Notes under the pieces: generated by a model
Seen by the model: the letters and a program-made list of their open reading frames with translations, nothing else
Told to the model about the DNA's origin: nothing
Databases searched by the model: none
NCBI GenBank assembly: GCA_040326155.1
Contig: JBEQLE010000029.1
Coordinates: 1 to 40,160 of the forward strand
DNA: 40,160 nucleotides
Source of the DNA: Leptospirales bacterium
GTDB taxonomy: Bacteria; Spirochaetota; Leptospiria; Turneriellales; JAOUFE01
Direction of reading: 5' to 3'
Translations under genes and position numbers: made by a program
In this document: in pieces, positions 1 to 9,459 of the stretch
Layout: each line of letters starts with the position of its first letter
Position numbering within the stretch: the first letter of the stretch is position 1

Positions 1-17
1 GCATTTCAACTTTTTAA

Positions 18-209
18 GGACGGCCTATTTTAGACACAATTTTTAATACGGTATCCGGTTATTCATTTGAAAAAGGGAAAGAGTATCTGGTGTTTACACA
101 TGTACGCAAAGACGGTTCGATCTGGGTGAGTATATGCTCTTATACCACACCATACAAATCGAAAAAATACTTTAAAATTATTCGCCAATTAAATAATAGA
201 AATCATTAG
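18..209 (+). CDS. 3' fragment of a probable TIMP/NTR-like small exported protein (truncated by the window edge, possibly frameshifted)
   Basis: Frame 3 is open 18-209: GRPILDTIFNTVSGYSFEKGKEYLVFTHVRKDGSIWVSICSYTTP...NH*. 'GYxFEKGKEYLVF...SICS.T' resembles bacterial TIMP-like proteins. In-frame TAA at 15-17; no start codon at the 5' end of the reading frame. Confidence 0.4.
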   Translation, partial: GRPILDTIFNTVSGYSFEKGKEYLVFTHVRKDGSIWVSICSYTTPYKSKKYFKIIRQLNNRNH

Positions 210-284
210 ATCTGTATAAAGTTTTATTTCTCAAAGTGAAAATCCCGCCTGGGTTCTGTACATATGAAATCGGGGGGTAGTGTA

Positions 285-390
285 GGCTCTTTCAGTTGAA
301 AAGCCGAAACGAGGGGGGCCAGATATCTTTCCGTTGGGATGCACGGTCGTGCGCCCCAGCGGAACCAGAATATAATACCAGCCCCCCCCT
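285..390. terminator. Multi-hairpin region between convergent genes (terminator and/or REP-like element)
   Basis: GGCT-TTTCA/TGAAA-AGCC hairpin at 285-305. Long stem AGGGGGGC(312-319)/GCCCCCCC(381-388) encloses TTCCGTTGGG-GCAC/GTGC-CCCAGCGGAA (329-364). Confidence 0.5.
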
Positions 391-399
391 TTATAAAGA

Positions 400-2955
400 T
401 TAGTCGTTTCGGTCTGAAAGAGCGTAATCTTTCTGTTCGTTGAAGTTCAAGTAACGATAAATATCGTCTTCTTTACCTTCTAGTTTAGCTACACCGTTCA
501 TGTACTCTTCTTTCGTCGGTATGCGACCCAGTTTGGATACGACGGCGGCAAGTTCTGCTGAACCAAGGTATACCTGGGCTTTATTACCAAGACGGTTGTC
601 GAAGTTACGAGTGCTGGTAGAAAAAACAATTGCGTTATCAGCTACTCTCGCCTGGTTTCCCATGCAAAGTGAACAACCGGGCATCTCAATACGACTTCCT
701 GCTGTTGCTAAAACCGAGTAATAACCTTCATCTCGAAGCTCTTTCTCGTCCATTTTGGTGGGAGGGGCAACCCAGAGTTTGGTGGGAACCGAACCATCGT
801 CTTTGAGTATTTCTGCAACGGCTCGATAGTGACCGATGTTGGTCATGCAGCTACCGACAAATACTTCATCGATTTTATGAGCCCGGTTTACATCGGCCAA
901 TACTTCGCTGATGGTTGCAACGTCGTCCGGGTCGTTAGGGCAGCAGACGATGGGTTCTTTAATTTCGCTCATGTCAACTTCAATGACAGCCGCGTACTCT
1001 GCATTTGAGTCGGCTTCGAGTAGAACAGGGTTTGCTAACCACTCTTTCATTTTGTCTGCTCTACGTTGAATCGTTTTAGCGTCAGAGTATCCGGATTTAA
1101 CCATAGCTTCTAACAAGGTTACGTTTGACTTGATGTATTCAATAACAGGCTCTTTGTTGAGTTTTACGGTACAGGCCGCCGCAGAGCGTTCTGCCGAAGC
1201 ATCGGAAAGTTCGAATGCCTGCTCCACTTTAAGATCGGGAAGACCTTCAATTTCGAGAACAGTTCCGTTAAACACATTGACTTTGCCCTTTTTCGGAACA
1301 GTCAAGTGGCCTTGTTTAATGGCAAAATAGGGAATTGCGTTTACAAGATCGCGAAGGGTAATACCGGGTTGCATTTCGCCTTTAAATCGGACCAGTACAG
1401 ATTCGGGCATGGTAAGCGGCATAGAACCAGTTACACCGGCAAAAGCTACCAGACCAGAACCAGCGGGAAAACTGATGCCAATCGGGAAACGGGTGTGAGA
1501 ATCCCCACCTGTACCTACGGTATCGGGAAGTACCATTCTGTTCAACCACGAGTGGATGATGCCATCGCCGGGGCGAAGAGCAACGCCGCTTCGCGTTGAA
1601 ATAAAGTCCGGTAGTGAATGATGCAGTTTAATGTCAGCCGATTTAGGGTAAGCCGCCGTGTGACAGAAACTTTGCAAAACGAGATCGGCGTTAAAACCAA
1701 GAGCGGCAAGCTCTTTAATCTCGTCTCGGGTCATAGCTCCGGTAGTATCTTGCGAACCCACAGTGGATGTAACCGGTTCGACATACATGCCGGGTTTTAC
1801 ACCGTCTAAACCGACAGCGCGACCTACCATTTTCTGAGCAAGGGTAAAACCAGATTTACCTGTTTCGGGTTGTTCTGGTTTTGCAAAAATTTCTTCGGCG
1901 CCCAGCTTAAGAAATTCTCGAGCTTTTACAGTCAAGCCACGACCAATAATTAAAGGAACTCTTCCGCCGGCTCGAACTTCGTCAGGCAGGGTATTTGGGG
2001 CAAGTTTATATTCAGAAATTACTTTGCCGTCTTTTTCTATTTTGCCAGCTATCGGGTAAACATCGATTACGTCACCGGTTTCCATTTGGTCTACGTTACA
2101 TTGAATAGGTAGAGCTCCGGAATCTTCACAGGTAGAGAAAAATATGGGAGCAATTACTCCGCCAAGTACAACACCACTGGTTCGCTTGTTGGGAACCCCG
2201 GGAATGTCTTCGCCGATATACCATTGAACCGAGTTAACGCCCGATTTTCGTGAAGAACCGGTACCGACAACATCGCCTACAAAAGCGATCGGGTGGCCTT
2301 TTTGTTTTAACTCTTCAATGGTTTTCAGGCCGTCTGGCATTTTAGCCACCAACATAGACTTGGCATGCATAGGAATGTCAGAACGGGTAAAAGCCTGCGA
2401 GGCTGGAGATAGGTCGTCGGTGTTTGTTTCACCGGGAGCTTTAAATACAGTTACGGTAATTTTTTCGGGCAGAGCAGGGCGGTTGGAAAACCACTCTCCA
2501 TTGGCCCACGATTCAATTACACTTTTTGCCGCTGCGTTACTTGAGGAAAGCTCTGCAACAGTGTGAAAATCGTCATATACTAAAAGGATGTTTTTTAAGG
2601 CTGCGGCGGCTTCTTCAGCTACTTCATCAACTTTAAGCGCTTCAATTAACGGGTTGACATTGTAACCGCCAAGCATAGTTCCCAGAGCCGTTATGGCCTC
2701 TTTTTTCGGGATAGAAGCGACATTGACGCTACCTTGAATAAGGTCATTTAAAAAAGCGGCTTTAAGGCGGGCCGCATCGTCAACACCCGGGCTAACTCGA
2801 TTAAAAAGAAGGTTTTTCAGTTTTTCACCGTCACCCTCTCCGGTTTTAATTAATTCAATAAGACTTGATGTTTGTTCAACGTCGAGAGCCAGGGGAGGAA
2901 TATCTTCACCCGCTCTTTCTGCGACATGTTTATTGTACTCGTCTAGAAAACTCAT
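400..2955 (-). CDS. acnB: Aconitate hydratase B (bifunctional aconitase/2-methylisocitrate dehydratase)
   Basis: 851 aa; motifs [70 protein letters not shown]. Minus-strand AGGAG RBS near 2962-2966. Confidence 0.98.
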   Translation of the reverse strand: MSFLDEYNKHVAERAGEDIPPLALDVEQTSSLIELIKTGEGDGEKLKNLLFNRVSPGVDDAARLKAAFLNDLIQGSVNVASIPKKEAITALGTMLGGYNVNPLIEALKVDEVAEEAAAALKNILLVYDDFHTVAELSSSNAAAKSVIESWANGEWFSNRPALPEKITVTVFKAPGETNTDDLSPASQAFTRSDIPMHAKSMLVAKMPDGLKTIEELKQKGHPIAFVGDVVGTGSSRKSGVNSVQWYIGEDIPGVPNKRTSGVVLGGVIAPIFFSTCEDSGALPIQCNVDQMETGDVIDVYPIAGKIEKDGKVISEYKLAPNTLPDEVRAGGRVPLIIGRGLTVKAREFLKLGAEEIFAKPEQPETGKSGFTLAQKMVGRAVGLDGVKPGMYVEPVTSTVGSQDTTGAMTRDEIKELAALGFNADLVLQSFCHTAAYPKSADIKLHHSLPDFISTRSGVALRPGDGIIHSWLNRMVLPDTVGTGGDSHTRFPIGISFPAGSGLVAFAGVTGSMPLTMPESVLVRFKGEMQPGITLRDLVNAIPYFAIKQGHLTVPKKGKVNVFNGTVLEIEGLPDLKVEQAFELSDASAERSAAACTVKLNKEPVIEYIKSNVTLLEAMVKSGYSDAKTIQRRADKMKEWLANPVLLEADSNAEYAAVIEVDMSEIKEPIVCCPNDPDDVATISEVLADVNRAHKIDEVFVGSCMTNIGHYRAVAEILKDDGSVPTKLWVAPPTKMDEKELRDEGYYSVLATAGSRIEMPGCSLCMGNQARVADNAIVFSTSTRNFDNRLGNKAQVYLGSAELAAVVSKLGRIPTKEEYMNGVAKLEGKEDDIYRYLNFNEQKDYALSDRND

Positions 2956-3322
2956 AATTTACTCCTTTGGACTATTGCGTTTCGTCGCCAAAATTAAAGT
3001 GGCTAACCAAGGCACACTCATTGCAAAGGGTATATGGTAAATCAGTTTTTCGAATTCTTTTATAAGAAAATTCGGGTTTGGAAGGGGGAGATGGTAAATT
3101 ACCCACCAGAAATATTTCAAACCCCCTTGGCTCCATAATTTTATAAAAATTATTCCACCATCCCTCCGGTATTTTTTAAATCTTCTGGTTGGCGGAAGCC
3201 GACCCTGGCACCGAGTCTCAAACCTGGAGTAAACCCACTTTTAAACACCGTCCAACGTTTAAGTTGTAGCTTAACATGAATTAAAATTGGGTACAGTCAT
3301 TTTGTTATTGTATACTGGACAT

Positions 3323-4564
3323 ATGAGAGGGTTGTTTAGTAGGTTGGTGAATACGGGAATTCAAAATTCGAGCGATCTTTTTGATAATAGCTTAAAGGTA
3401 GTAAATATAATTACCCTGACGGCGATCGCAGTTAATTTCTTTTTTTTCTTCGTATTTTTGACTCTACAGTTTCTTTATTCGGGTTTGTATTATTTGAATT
3501 CTATGGCGACCGTGGTGTTTATCGCGTTGCTGTTTTTTACTTTCTGGTTTACAAAAAGTCGTCGCAAAGCCGGGGCGGGAATATGGATTTTCTTGAACGG
3601 GTGCCTGAATAGCGCGGGCCCAGCGATTTTGTTTTTTGGAATTTATTTTGGCATACACTACTACCTTTTAGTGTTCCCGGCAATCTTACTTTTAATTTTT
3701 AATAAAAAAGGAGAGCATAGGTCTTTCTTTATTTTGAGCGCAGTGGCGATTACCTTATTTATTTATATCCATTACTTTTTTACAGATCCGTTGCTGCCTA
3801 TTCTTCGCAATGAAAGAGAATTCGAAATTCTCAATGTCGTTAACATTATAACCCCGATTATAATGATTTTAATTGTACTGTTTATTTTTTCATTAAATCT
3901 GAACAAAGCCAGAGATGAACTCGAAAAGTTACACGCCAAAGCGAACGAGCTTCTCTTGAATATTTTACCGGAGTCGATTGCCGATCGGCTCAAAAATAAA
4001 GAAAATAATATTGCAGATTCGTTTTCAGAGGCGACAATTTTATTTGCAGACTTTAAAGGGTTTACTCAATTTGCAGCCAAGTGTGAGCCGAAAGAGTTAG
4101 TCTCTGTATTGAATCGATATTTCACGGCATATGACATCTTATGTGGAAAATATGGGGTGGAGAAAATAAAGACAATTGGTGACTCGTATATGGCCGCAAC
4201 GGGCATACCGATTGCGAACGAGAATCATGCTTATGTTATGGCACAATTTGCTTGTGACATGTTGAAAACGACACAAAAGGTATCGAGACAGTTGAAAACA
4301 TCGTTGGAGTTGAGAATCGGAATAAATTCTGGTGTCGTTGTCGCGGGCGTCATTGGCCAAAGAAAATTCATATATGACCTCTGGGGAGACGCGGTTAATC
4401 TCGCATCGAGAATGGAGTCGCATGGAATACCGGGAAAAATTCAGACCACAACAGCGACCTACCATTTATTAAAAAACGATTTCGACTTTAAAAAACGAGG
4501 AAAGATAGACGTCAAAAGCAAAGGAATTCAGGAAACATATTTTTTAATTGGCAAAAAAAGATAA
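3323..4564 (+). CDS. Membrane-bound class III adenylate cyclase
   Basis: About 6 hydrophobic N-terminal segments, coiled coil 'LLLNILPESIADRLK', catalytic motifs FADFKGFT, EKIKTIGDSYM, YDLWGDAVNLASRMES. The K and D specificity residues indicate ATP as substrate. ATG 3323 preferred over TTG 3287. Confidence 0.92.
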   Translation: MRGLFSRLVNTGIQNSSDLFDNSLKVVNIITLTAIAVNFFFFFVFLTLQFLYSGLYYLNSMATVVFIALLFFTFWFTKSRRKAGAGIWIFLNGCLNSAGPAILFFGIYFGIHYYLLVFPAILLLIFNKKGEHRSFFILSAVAITLFIYIHYFFTDPLLPILRNEREFEILNVVNIITPIIMILIVLFIFSLNLNKARDELEKLHAKANELLLNILPESIADRLKNKENNIADSFSEATILFADFKGFTQFAAKCEPKELVSVLNRYFTAYDILCGKYGVEKIKTIGDSYMAATGIPIANENHAYVMAQFACDMLKTTQKVSRQLKTSLELRIGINSGVVVAGVIGQRKFIYDLWGDAVNLASRMESHGIPGKIQTTTATYHLLKNDFDFKKRGKIDVKSKGIQETYFLIGKKR

Positions 4565-4568
4565 AACT

Positions 4569-5393
4569 TTAAAATCTACGGTCGGCTATAACACGGACAC
4601 CGCCGTTTACATCAAATGCAACATGAATCCAGGGGCGCCGAAGTTTATAAACGGCCCATCCAATAAGAGAACCCGTGGCGGCGCCAACGGCAATATCGGT
4701 GATGTAATGTTCGTCACCTGCCATACGCATATAAGCGACTGTACCAGCGCCAAGGTGTAAGAGTGTGGTTATCCACCAGGCGTTTTGAGGAAACAAGTTT
4801 GATAAATAGAGTGAAGTACTTGTGGCGGCTGCAAAACTTATGGAAGTGTGACCGCTGAAAAAAGAGAGATTATCGTTGACTCCATCGGCAGGCAGTGTGC
4901 CAAATGCGGAATAGGGACGTTGTCGCCCGACAATCAATTTTGTTATTGTGGTTAAAAAAGTTGTATAAATTACCGCTTCGGAGATGACTAAGGCTCCATT
5001 CCAGTAATAGGACTTGTCAAATAAAGGTGCCCAGATAAATGAAGCACTGAGGGAAATCCAAAGAATGTCACTTATAGTAGCGGCTGTGTGTAAGGAAGGG
5101 TCTGGCCATTTTAAGGAATTTCGAACATTCCGGTCTAACCCTGAAATGGAAGTCCACCTTGGATTGTGCGGACCGATCTGGTCTTTGGATAGTTCAAGTC
5201 CGAAAGTTATGAACAGCGCGCTTCCTACCGGTATAAAATCAACCGGTTTTACCTGTTGAAAGGTTTGCGTCTGTTTCTCTTCCTCTTTTTCCTGCCCGAA
5301 AATTTCAGTTACAGGGCTTAACACCAGAGTTCCAGTTAGAGTTATTGTTAAAAATAAGTTCATTAATTTCATTTTATTCATGGTCCAATGCAA
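4569..5393 (-). CDS. PAP2-family (type 2 phosphatidic acid phosphatase) membrane protein
   Basis: Motifs KLIVGRQRP, SFFSGH, RMAGDEHYITD; hydrophobic helices. Exact start uncertain because of several N-terminal Met. Confidence 0.9.
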   Translation of the reverse strand: MHWTMNKMKLMNLFLTITLTGTLVLSPVTEIFGQEKEEEKQTQTFQQVKPVDFIPVGSALFITFGLELSKDQIGPHNPRWTSISGLDRNVRNSLKWPDPSLHTAATISDILWISLSASFIWAPLFDKSYYWNGALVISEAVIYTTFLTTITKLIVGRQRPYSAFGTLPADGVNDNLSFFSGHTSISFAAATSTSLYLSNLFPQNAWWITTLLHLGAGTVAYMRMAGDEHYITDIAVGAATGSLIGWAVYKLRRPWIHVAFDVNGGVRVIADRRF

Positions 5394-5499
5394 ATAATAA
5401 AATCAAATTTGTCAAGAGTTATTTGCGGGGAATACTATATGGTATATTCAAGACTTTCAATTTCCTTGACAACGTATCTTCAACGACTGGGCATAAACT

Positions 5500-6495
5500 A
5501 TGAAAACTTATGATTGTATTATTCTTGGCGGGGGTCCGGCGGGTTTGTCGGTTGCCGCCACACTGAAAGAAGAGGGCTTTGATGTTGCTGTTGTTGAGAG
5601 AAAACACACCGGTTATAATGTTTCGCGTTTTCCCATCTGCATGCGGTTTTTTTCCAGCAGGGACCTTGTCGAATTAAATAATTTCTCTTTAACGATTCCC
5701 GATGATAAACCGACCCGAGAACAATACATGACCTATCTATACCACTTTGTTCAACGCAAAGAAATTACCGTTATTGATTATACAAATATTGAGAAGGTAG
5801 AAAAAATTAAAGAGGCGTTTCACCTTTCTGGAAAGGACGCCAGGGGTAATTCTGTGCAGTTTTTATCCAAAGCTGTTGTCGTTGCGGTGGGCGCTCTCGA
5901 TCATCCCCAGATGTTGAATGTAGAAGGTGAGGACCTGCCGCATGTCACTCATTATTTTAATGAAATTTATCCGTATATAGGTCACAGGGTTCTTGTGGTT
6001 GGTTCGGGAAATGGAGCCGTTGAAACGGCCCTTCTACTTTACCGGGGTGGGGCCACAGTATCGCTTTCGCATCGCAGTTCGCAATTGAATGGTAAGAAGA
6101 TAAAATACTGGATGTACCCGGATATTTTAAAAAGGCTTGAAAAGGGTGAAATAGAAAATCTTTCTCAAACCGAAATTGAAAAAATCGATCAACAAAAGGT
6201 TCTTTTTAGCAAAACGAGCGAAAATCCCAAAACCGAAAAATTTGAGAAAGAGTTCGACTTTGTTGTGTTGCAAACGGGGTATGAACCGCCTGTTGGTTTT
6301 TTAAGCCAAATGGGAATTGATATTGACCCTGAAAGCAAAATTCCAAAACATGACGAACAGAATCTTGAAACAAATATTTCAGGTCTTTTTGTTGCCGGCG
6401 CCATTGTCGGTGGTAATGTATCGGGAAAAGTTTTTATTGAGAATTCACGGTTTCACGGGGGGCAAATTTTGCCTCGCCTAAAAGAAATTATATAG
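5500..6495 (+). CDS. ypdA: YpdA-family FAD/NADPH-dependent oxidoreductase (putative bacillithiol disulfide reductase)
   Basis: GGGPAG FAD motif, 'RFFSS...KPTREQY', GSGNGA NADPH motif, C-terminal VFIENSRFHG typical of YpdA; no CxxC of thioredoxin reductase. Confidence 0.8.
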   Translation: MKTYDCIILGGGPAGLSVAATLKEEGFDVAVVERKHTGYNVSRFPICMRFFSSRDLVELNNFSLTIPDDKPTREQYMTYLYHFVQRKEITVIDYTNIEKVEKIKEAFHLSGKDARGNSVQFLSKAVVVAVGALDHPQMLNVEGEDLPHVTHYFNEIYPYIGHRVLVVGSGNGAVETALLLYRGGATVSLSHRSSQLNGKKIKYWMYPDILKRLEKGEIENLSQTEIEKIDQQKVLFSKTSENPKTEKFEKEFDFVVLQTGYEPPVGFLSQMGIDIDPESKIPKHDEQNLETNISGLFVAGAIVGGNVSGKVFIENSRFHGGQILPRLKEII

Positions 6496-6518
6496 AAGAA
6501 ATTATAAAGGGGTAAAGT

Positions 6519-7010
6519 ATGGCAGATAGTTCGTTTGATGTTGTTTCGGAAGTGAATCATCCGGAAGTTACCAACGCAGTTGACCAGGCACGTCGAGAAA
6601 TTTCAACCCGGTTTGACTTTAAAGGCACCAATTGTGAAATTGAGCTTACGAAAGAAGAACTGCTTTTGTCTGCTCCAGATGAGGGAAAACTGAAACAACT
6701 GATTGATGTTTTGCAAACCAAACTCATCAAAAGGGGAGTTGCAGTTAATGCGCTCAAACTTGAAGATATTGAAAAAGGCGCCGGGCAGTCCGTACGACAA
6801 AAGGCGAGTTTTATCGCCGGTATTGAAGCGGAATCCGCGAAAAAAATTCACAAAGCAATTAAGGCCGCAATGCCAAAAGTCAAGTCCCAATCTATGGATC
6901 AAAAAGTTCGCGTAACCGCTAAGTCAAAAGATGACTTGCAGGCCGTCATGCAACTACTCAAAGGCGACAAGCAGATTGATATCCCTTTGCAGTTTAATAA
7001 TTTTCGTTGA
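6519..7010 (+). CDS. yajQ: YajQ family nucleotide/c-di-GMP-binding protein
   Basis: SFDVVSEV, NAVDQA, RFDFKG, KVRVTAKSKDDLQ, C-terminal LQFNNFR; 163 aa. Confidence 0.95.
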   Translation: MADSSFDVVSEVNHPEVTNAVDQARREISTRFDFKGTNCEIELTKEELLLSAPDEGKLKQLIDVLQTKLIKRGVAVNALKLEDIEKGAGQSVRQKASFIAGIEAESAKKIHKAIKAAMPKVKSQSMDQKVRVTAKSKDDLQAVMQLLKGDKQIDIPLQFNNFR

Positions 7011-7189
7011 TTTTTGTAAATGGTGACGGTGGAAAAACAACACCGTGTGTGTAGGAATGATATTGGTCGAGCCCAAAATGTGGTTGAGCGCAAGCGAGAC
7101 CCCAAAGCCCGAACAGGACTTGAGCAGATTAAGACTCGTTAGACGCTGTGTTAGTTACGGTGGTCAAATATGTTGCAATATATTATTTC

Positions 7190-7307
7190 CAGTCAAATGA
7201 CAGTCAAATAAGAATTGGGAAATAAGAGCTGATTTACGATGTTTTCGAGTGAAATAGTCTTAAATCAGTCATTTTAGTCATTTCAGTCAAATGACAGTCA
7301 AATAAGA
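7190..7307. repeat. Two exact 24-bp direct repeats plus AGTCA sub-repeats
   Basis: CAGTCAAATGACAGTCAAATAAGA at 7190-7213 and 7284-7307; extra (C/T)AGTCA units at 7267-7290. Confidence 0.9.
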
Positions 7308-7315
7308 CATGTCAT

Positions 7316-8782
7316 TTATACCCACCAGGGAATATATTTCATATACTTTTTACTGGTCGTTGGATCAAAGGGTTTGATTTGTTCAGCTTGAGTTGTTTCT
7401 TTGATTACCCGAGATACCATAGCACTGTTTCTTTCCTCGATGCCAAAGCGTTCTCGAAGGGTGCTATTCGTCATATAATCTTTTTCGACATATCGTAAGC
7501 AAGAATGTAAATATGTTGCTCGTATTCGATCTTGCTTATCCATATGTTTATATTCTTTATGGGCAAACAACGTTGTGCGGGTATGGTTATTGGTTACCTC
7601 AAAAAGTGGAGCAGGAAGCTGATAATGTTCTGATTCAAATACTATCTTATCAATTCCGCTTCCTCGTTCTTCACAGACGCCGATTCTACGCATGAACGAT
7701 GCTAAAGCTTCATTTCTGGACTGAGGAGGGCTATCTAAAAATCTTTCGGTTTCAACGAGTGGTGTGCCAGGATTGGTTATTTCCATTCGATCATCAAATA
7801 TTTCGACCAAAATACCACTTCCAGTGACCTCAAAATCTTGATGGATAATTGCATTTGCAACGACCTCTCGGATAGCCAGTTCCGGGTACATTGGGACAGA
7901 TTTACGCAGAGCCTTTTCGATAACTTCATTCAATGGAAGTAACGTTTTTATGAAGTCGATTAAACCTTCAAAACCGCTGGCATAACCTTTTGCGCCTTCC
8001 CGTTCGCGTATCGTTTCAATTCTACCTTTGCCCCGGTAGACTACCACTCTAACGGCTTTTCGCTTTAGTATATCAAAATCGGATAATTTCTTGGCAAATA
8101 ATATAGCGCCCAAACTCATAATATTCCAAAGACCACTTTCCGATTTGGTAATCATCTTTTCAGCTAGTAAAGCTTCAAGTATTCCATCCTTGTTTGATGG
8201 GAGAGGAATATTCAGCAGATCGAAATAAGCTGGATAATTAAGATTTTTTAAAACCTCATCTGAGGATATGTTATCCACTGCGACTAAAGACTCATAGGGT
8301 GTTTTGTCAAAAATACGCCATAGTTCTCTTTCTTTTTCTGGGTATTCTTTAAGCTTCTTTTTGTAGGAACCAATTCGTATATATTCTTGATTTTTAAATT
8401 GTACCGGAGTTCTGATGGTTGCACTAATTTCCAAAAGCACAATATTTTTCTCTGCAATATTTATTTCAAAAAAGCTAAAATTGATTTTTGGGTTTAAAAG
8501 TTTCAATAACCAATTTTCTAACTCTTCGCTACCTTTTTTAGCTTTTGAAGGCTGAAAATCAGTACCGATAATGGAATGATCTGTGTCGTTAATGCCCCAT
8601 ACTAAATACGCATTAACTTTACCCAATAGTGATGCAGAGTTGGACAAGGCCGATATGTATTCTCCAATATCCTCAGGTACAGCTTTATTGTACTTAAACT
8701 CTACCCATTCAGTTTCATTTGGTAGCTTACACAATTCGTGAACAATGCTGAGCAAGTATTCCTGAGTTTTTTGAAGTGTCAT
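7316..8782 (-). CDS. Schlafen/AlbA_2 domain + HATPase_c_4 ('RecG C-terminal-like') + HTH protein (MloB-like)
   Basis: N-terminal ETEWVEFK...ISALSN...YLVWGIND (AlbA_2); AIREVVANAIIHQDF, RMEITNPG, SRNEALA, CEERGSGIDK (HATPase_c_4); C-terminal MTNSTLRERFG...VSRVIK (wHTH). Confidence 0.85.
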   Translation of the reverse strand: MTLQKTQEYLLSIVHELCKLPNETEWVEFKYNKAVPEDIGEYISALSNSASLLGKVNAYLVWGINDTDHSIIGTDFQPSKAKKGSEELENWLLKLLNPKINFSFFEINIAEKNIVLLEISATIRTPVQFKNQEYIRIGSYKKKLKEYPEKERELWRIFDKTPYESLVAVDNISSDEVLKNLNYPAYFDLLNIPLPSNKDGILEALLAEKMITKSESGLWNIMSLGAILFAKKLSDFDILKRKAVRVVVYRGKGRIETIREREGAKGYASGFEGLIDFIKTLLPLNEVIEKALRKSVPMYPELAIREVVANAIIHQDFEVTGSGILVEIFDDRMEITNPGTPLVETERFLDSPPQSRNEALASFMRRIGVCEERGSGIDKIVFESEHYQLPAPLFEVTNNHTRTTLFAHKEYKHMDKQDRIRATYLHSCLRYVEKDYMTNSTLRERFGIEERNSAMVSRVIKETTQAEQIKPFDPTTSKKYMKYIPWWV

Positions 8783-8983
8783 ATGACCTATGTACCATTA
8801 CCATATTTTCGATGGTACTGTAATTCAGAAAATTTTGCCACAAATTCACCTGGATTAAATATTTATACGAAAAATCATAGACGGCAATAACGTCATTTGC
8901 ACTATTTTATAAAACTCTCACTTTTTATTCGAAATTTTTCCGTAAACTGAAAAAAAATTGAAAAACCGGCTATTACAAACGGT

Positions 8984-9262
8984 ATGAACCGGTTTGCTCA
9001 ATTGCTAAACAAGATTCTCTCTGAAGGCCCTGGGACAAAACTCGATTATAAAGAGGCAGGCGAATTTTTGCAGTGTGTCGGGTTTGTACGCAGAAACCAT
9101 GGAAACATCGACGCTTTTGTAAGTCGAAATGCTAAAGAAATAATTTTCTTACAATGCGACGGGCGTAGACTCGGAACTCCTGTTAAACCTTACCATCTGA
9201 AACTGATTCGAAAGATACTCATTCAATATCACAAAAGGCGCAACAATGGAAATTCAATATGA
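8984..9262 (+). CDS. hicA: HicA-like toxin, degenerate (no GSH motif)
   Basis: Aligns by eye with the downstream HicA (LL.K.L...LD.K...FL...GF.RR...EII.LQ...VK.Y...R). Overlaps a hicB gene; NHGNI replaces RGSHH. Confidence 0.65.
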   Translation: MNRFAQLLNKILSEGPGTKLDYKEAGEFLQCVGFVRRNHGNIDAFVSRNAKEIIFLQCDGRRLGTPVKPYHLKLIRKILIQYHKRRNNGNSI

Positions 9263-9452
9263 AGTTATAATTTATTGGAGTCACCGGGATAAGTGTTATC
9301 TTGCCGAAGCCCCCGATTTACCGGGTTGTCTGGTTCATGGAAGGTCATACCGGGAAGCCGCTGAAAATATTGTAAAAGCGATGGAACTCTGGTTGCGGGT
9401 GGCGCGTGAATTTAAAAGAAGAATTCCAAAGCCCCGAAAGAGACGGGGGTAG
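9246..9452 (+). CDS. hicB: Short HicB-family antitoxin
   Basis: YEVIIYWS..D..YLAEAPDLPGCLVHG.SY.EA..N...A.ELWL...IPKP; 68 aa, no C-terminal DNA-binding domain. Confidence 0.9.
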   Translation: MEIQYEVIIYWSHRDKCYLAEAPDLPGCLVHGRSYREAAENIVKAMELWLRVAREFKRRIPKPRKRRG

Positions 9453-9459
9453 TTGGTTT

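Noticed and set aside
3074..3170. Imperfect inverted repeats in the acnB/cyclase divergent region
   Set aside because: G/C-run driven pairings, no recognisable riboswitch or operator consensus.
3187..3217. GGCACCGAGTC (3207-3217) matches part of the SpCas9 tracrRNA 3' hairpin, next to a GGTTGGC-GGAA-GCCGACC hairpin
   Set aside because: Only an 11-nt match; the complementary GGTGC arm is absent, and there are no cas genes or array. Likely chance or a degenerate REP-like hairpin.
5466..5499. TTGACA upstream of ypdA as a promoter -35
   Set aside because: No acceptable -10 hexamer at 16-18 bp spacing.
7190..7307. 24-bp direct repeats as a mini-CRISPR
   Set aside because: Only two copies, a 70-bp spacer containing repeat sub-units, and no cas genes. 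Kept as a repeat finding instead.
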